This document shows, piece by piece, positions 62,612 to 64,000 of a DNA stretch of 64,000 nucleotides (positions within the stretch are counted from its first letter, which is position 1; each line of letters begins with the position of its first letter). The stretch lies in assembly GCA_028534125.1 (NCBI GenBank), contig CM052816.1, forward strand, positions 55,306,001 to 55,370,000, in the 5' to 3' direction. The position numbers were made by a program, and so were the translations under genes. The DNA comes from Lama glama. Taxonomy: Eukaryota. The notes beneath the pieces are model-generated. The model saw only the letters and a program-made list of their open reading frames with translations, was not told the origin of the DNA and made no database searches.

Positions 62612-64000
62612 AGCTATATGCTCTAGGGGTGTCCCGTACGAGGGCTGCATGGGTCCTCCTGTTGCGGCAGGTTGATGCTGTGGGTGGTCTGGCAGGTGTG
62701 GCTGGCACCCTGTCCTGTTGGTTGCCAGGCTCTGCTTTGTGCAGGTGCTGTGGCTGCTGGTGGGCTGGACTCGGTCAGGAGGCAGCTGACCCAGGGGGTC
62801 CCAGGCCTAGTGCTGGCCCACTGGTGGGTGGAGCCAGGTTCTGTGGTGGGTGGCTGCAGGTCCAGGGGTCCTAGATCTAGTCGTGGCCCGGTCATCGGTG
62901 GGGCTAGTTGCTGACATAGCTGGTTGCAGGATCTGGTAGGTCCCCAAACTGGTGACAGCCTGCTGGTGGGTGGGTACAGATCCTGGGCAGGCTGGATGAG
63001 GGGCCCTGGTGTAGGCTTGCTGCGGGCAGGGCCAAGGCCCAGGGGGTTCTGAGGCTGGTGCTGGCCTGCTGGTAGGTGAAGGTGGGTCCTGACACGACAG
63101 ACTACAGGGCTGCAGAGTCGTGGGGGTGATGTTTGCCTGCTGGTGGGCAGTCGGGTCCTAGGGTCTCTGGCTGCAGAACCTGGTGGTCCTGGAGTTGGTG
63201 TGTCAGCCCAGGGCCCATGGGGTCCCAGGGCTGATGCCTGCCTATTGGTGGGTGAGGCTGGTCCTGGGGCAAGTGCCAGCCCACTGGTGTGTAGGGCCGT
63301 GTCCTGGGTCCTCTGGCGGACAGGACCAGGTTTCAAGGCAGCTGTGGGCTCAGAGGGTCTTAAGGCAGCCAACCTGCTGGTGGATGGGGCTCTGTTTCTG
63401 CAGGGCTAACTGCCTAGCCTGAGACTAAGTACTGGTGTTGACAGGCAGGGCAGGGCCAGGTCCTGGTGCCAGTGAGCTAGAGGGAAGACTACAAAATGGT
63501 GCTTGTCAGGACCAATGCCCTCATGGCAGAACGACCTCCCAAACAACTGCCACCAGTGTCTATGTCCCCAGGGTGTCTCCAGTTGTCTCCTGCCTCTCCG
63601 AGAGACTCCAAAATCAGCAGGTGGGTCTGACCCAGGCTCCTTTCAAATTACTGCTTCTGTCTTGGGTCTTGGAGCATCTGAGATTTTGCGTGCGCTCTTT
63701 AAAAACTGGAGTCTCTATTTCTTACCACCCTCTGGCTCTTCTAAAATAAGCTCCACTGGTCTTCAAAGCCAAATGTTCTGGGAGCTCATCCTCCTGGTCC
63801 AGGACCCCCAGGCTGGGGAACCCAATGTGGGGCTCAGACTCCTGGGTCCTTGGGGAAAACCTCTGCAACTGGAATTATGTTCCTGTTTTCGGGTCGCCCT
63901 CCTGGGGTGTGGATAGTGACTCTACTGCCTCTCTCACCCCTCCTGCCCACCTCATTGTGGTTCCTTCTTTATATCGTCAGTTGTAGAAGAGCTTTTCTGC
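62612..64000 (-). mobile_element. GC-rich L1 5'UTR (laurasiatherian L1M-type), running to the window end
   Basis: Repeated ctggtgggtg/ctgctggtgg units; caaaatggtgcttgtcag; tctgacccaggctcctttcaaattactgcttctg; cctcattgtggttccttctttatatc. These are typical of an antisense-read L1 5'UTR. Confidence 0.7.

Noticed and set aside
62623..63372. 249-aa Pro/Ala-rich ORF
   Set aside because: Lies in a GC-rich L1 5'UTR where stops are rare; no recognisable domain.
1..64000. CRISPR arrays, operons or other prokaryote-type novel systems
   Set aside because: Mammalian repeat-rich DNA; no regularly spaced repeat-spacer array or gene cluster was seen.

Overview
This is mammalian genomic DNA, most likely from a camelid (alpaca/vicuna/camel). 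That inference rests on two tRNA-Ala(AGC)-derived SINEs resembling the camelid Vic-1 family and on no recognisable Bov-tA, CHR-2, PRE-1 or Alu elements. The window is intergenic or deep-intronic, and I found no intact protein-coding gene. The only host-derived coding sequence is a 5'-truncated, disabled, intronless SMC4 retrocopy on the minus strand (~7177-8047), itself interrupted by a young L1 3' fragment with a perfect 18-bp target-site duplication (TSD). The rest is a layered mosaic of transposable elements: old L1M, L2, MIR, MaLR/ERVL/ERV1 LTRs, MER20, Tigger-type DNA transposons, ERVL integrase relics, and at least six young L1 insertions with readable TSDs, two or three of them 5'-inverted. 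A 500-N gap (61274-61773) lies inside a young L1 that is probably several kb long. Repeat-poor stretches carry candidate enhancer motifs and possible non-coding exons. I do not see evidence for a novel biological system. Repeat family names are from recall of consensus sequences, not database searches, and boundaries without a stated TSD are approximate.
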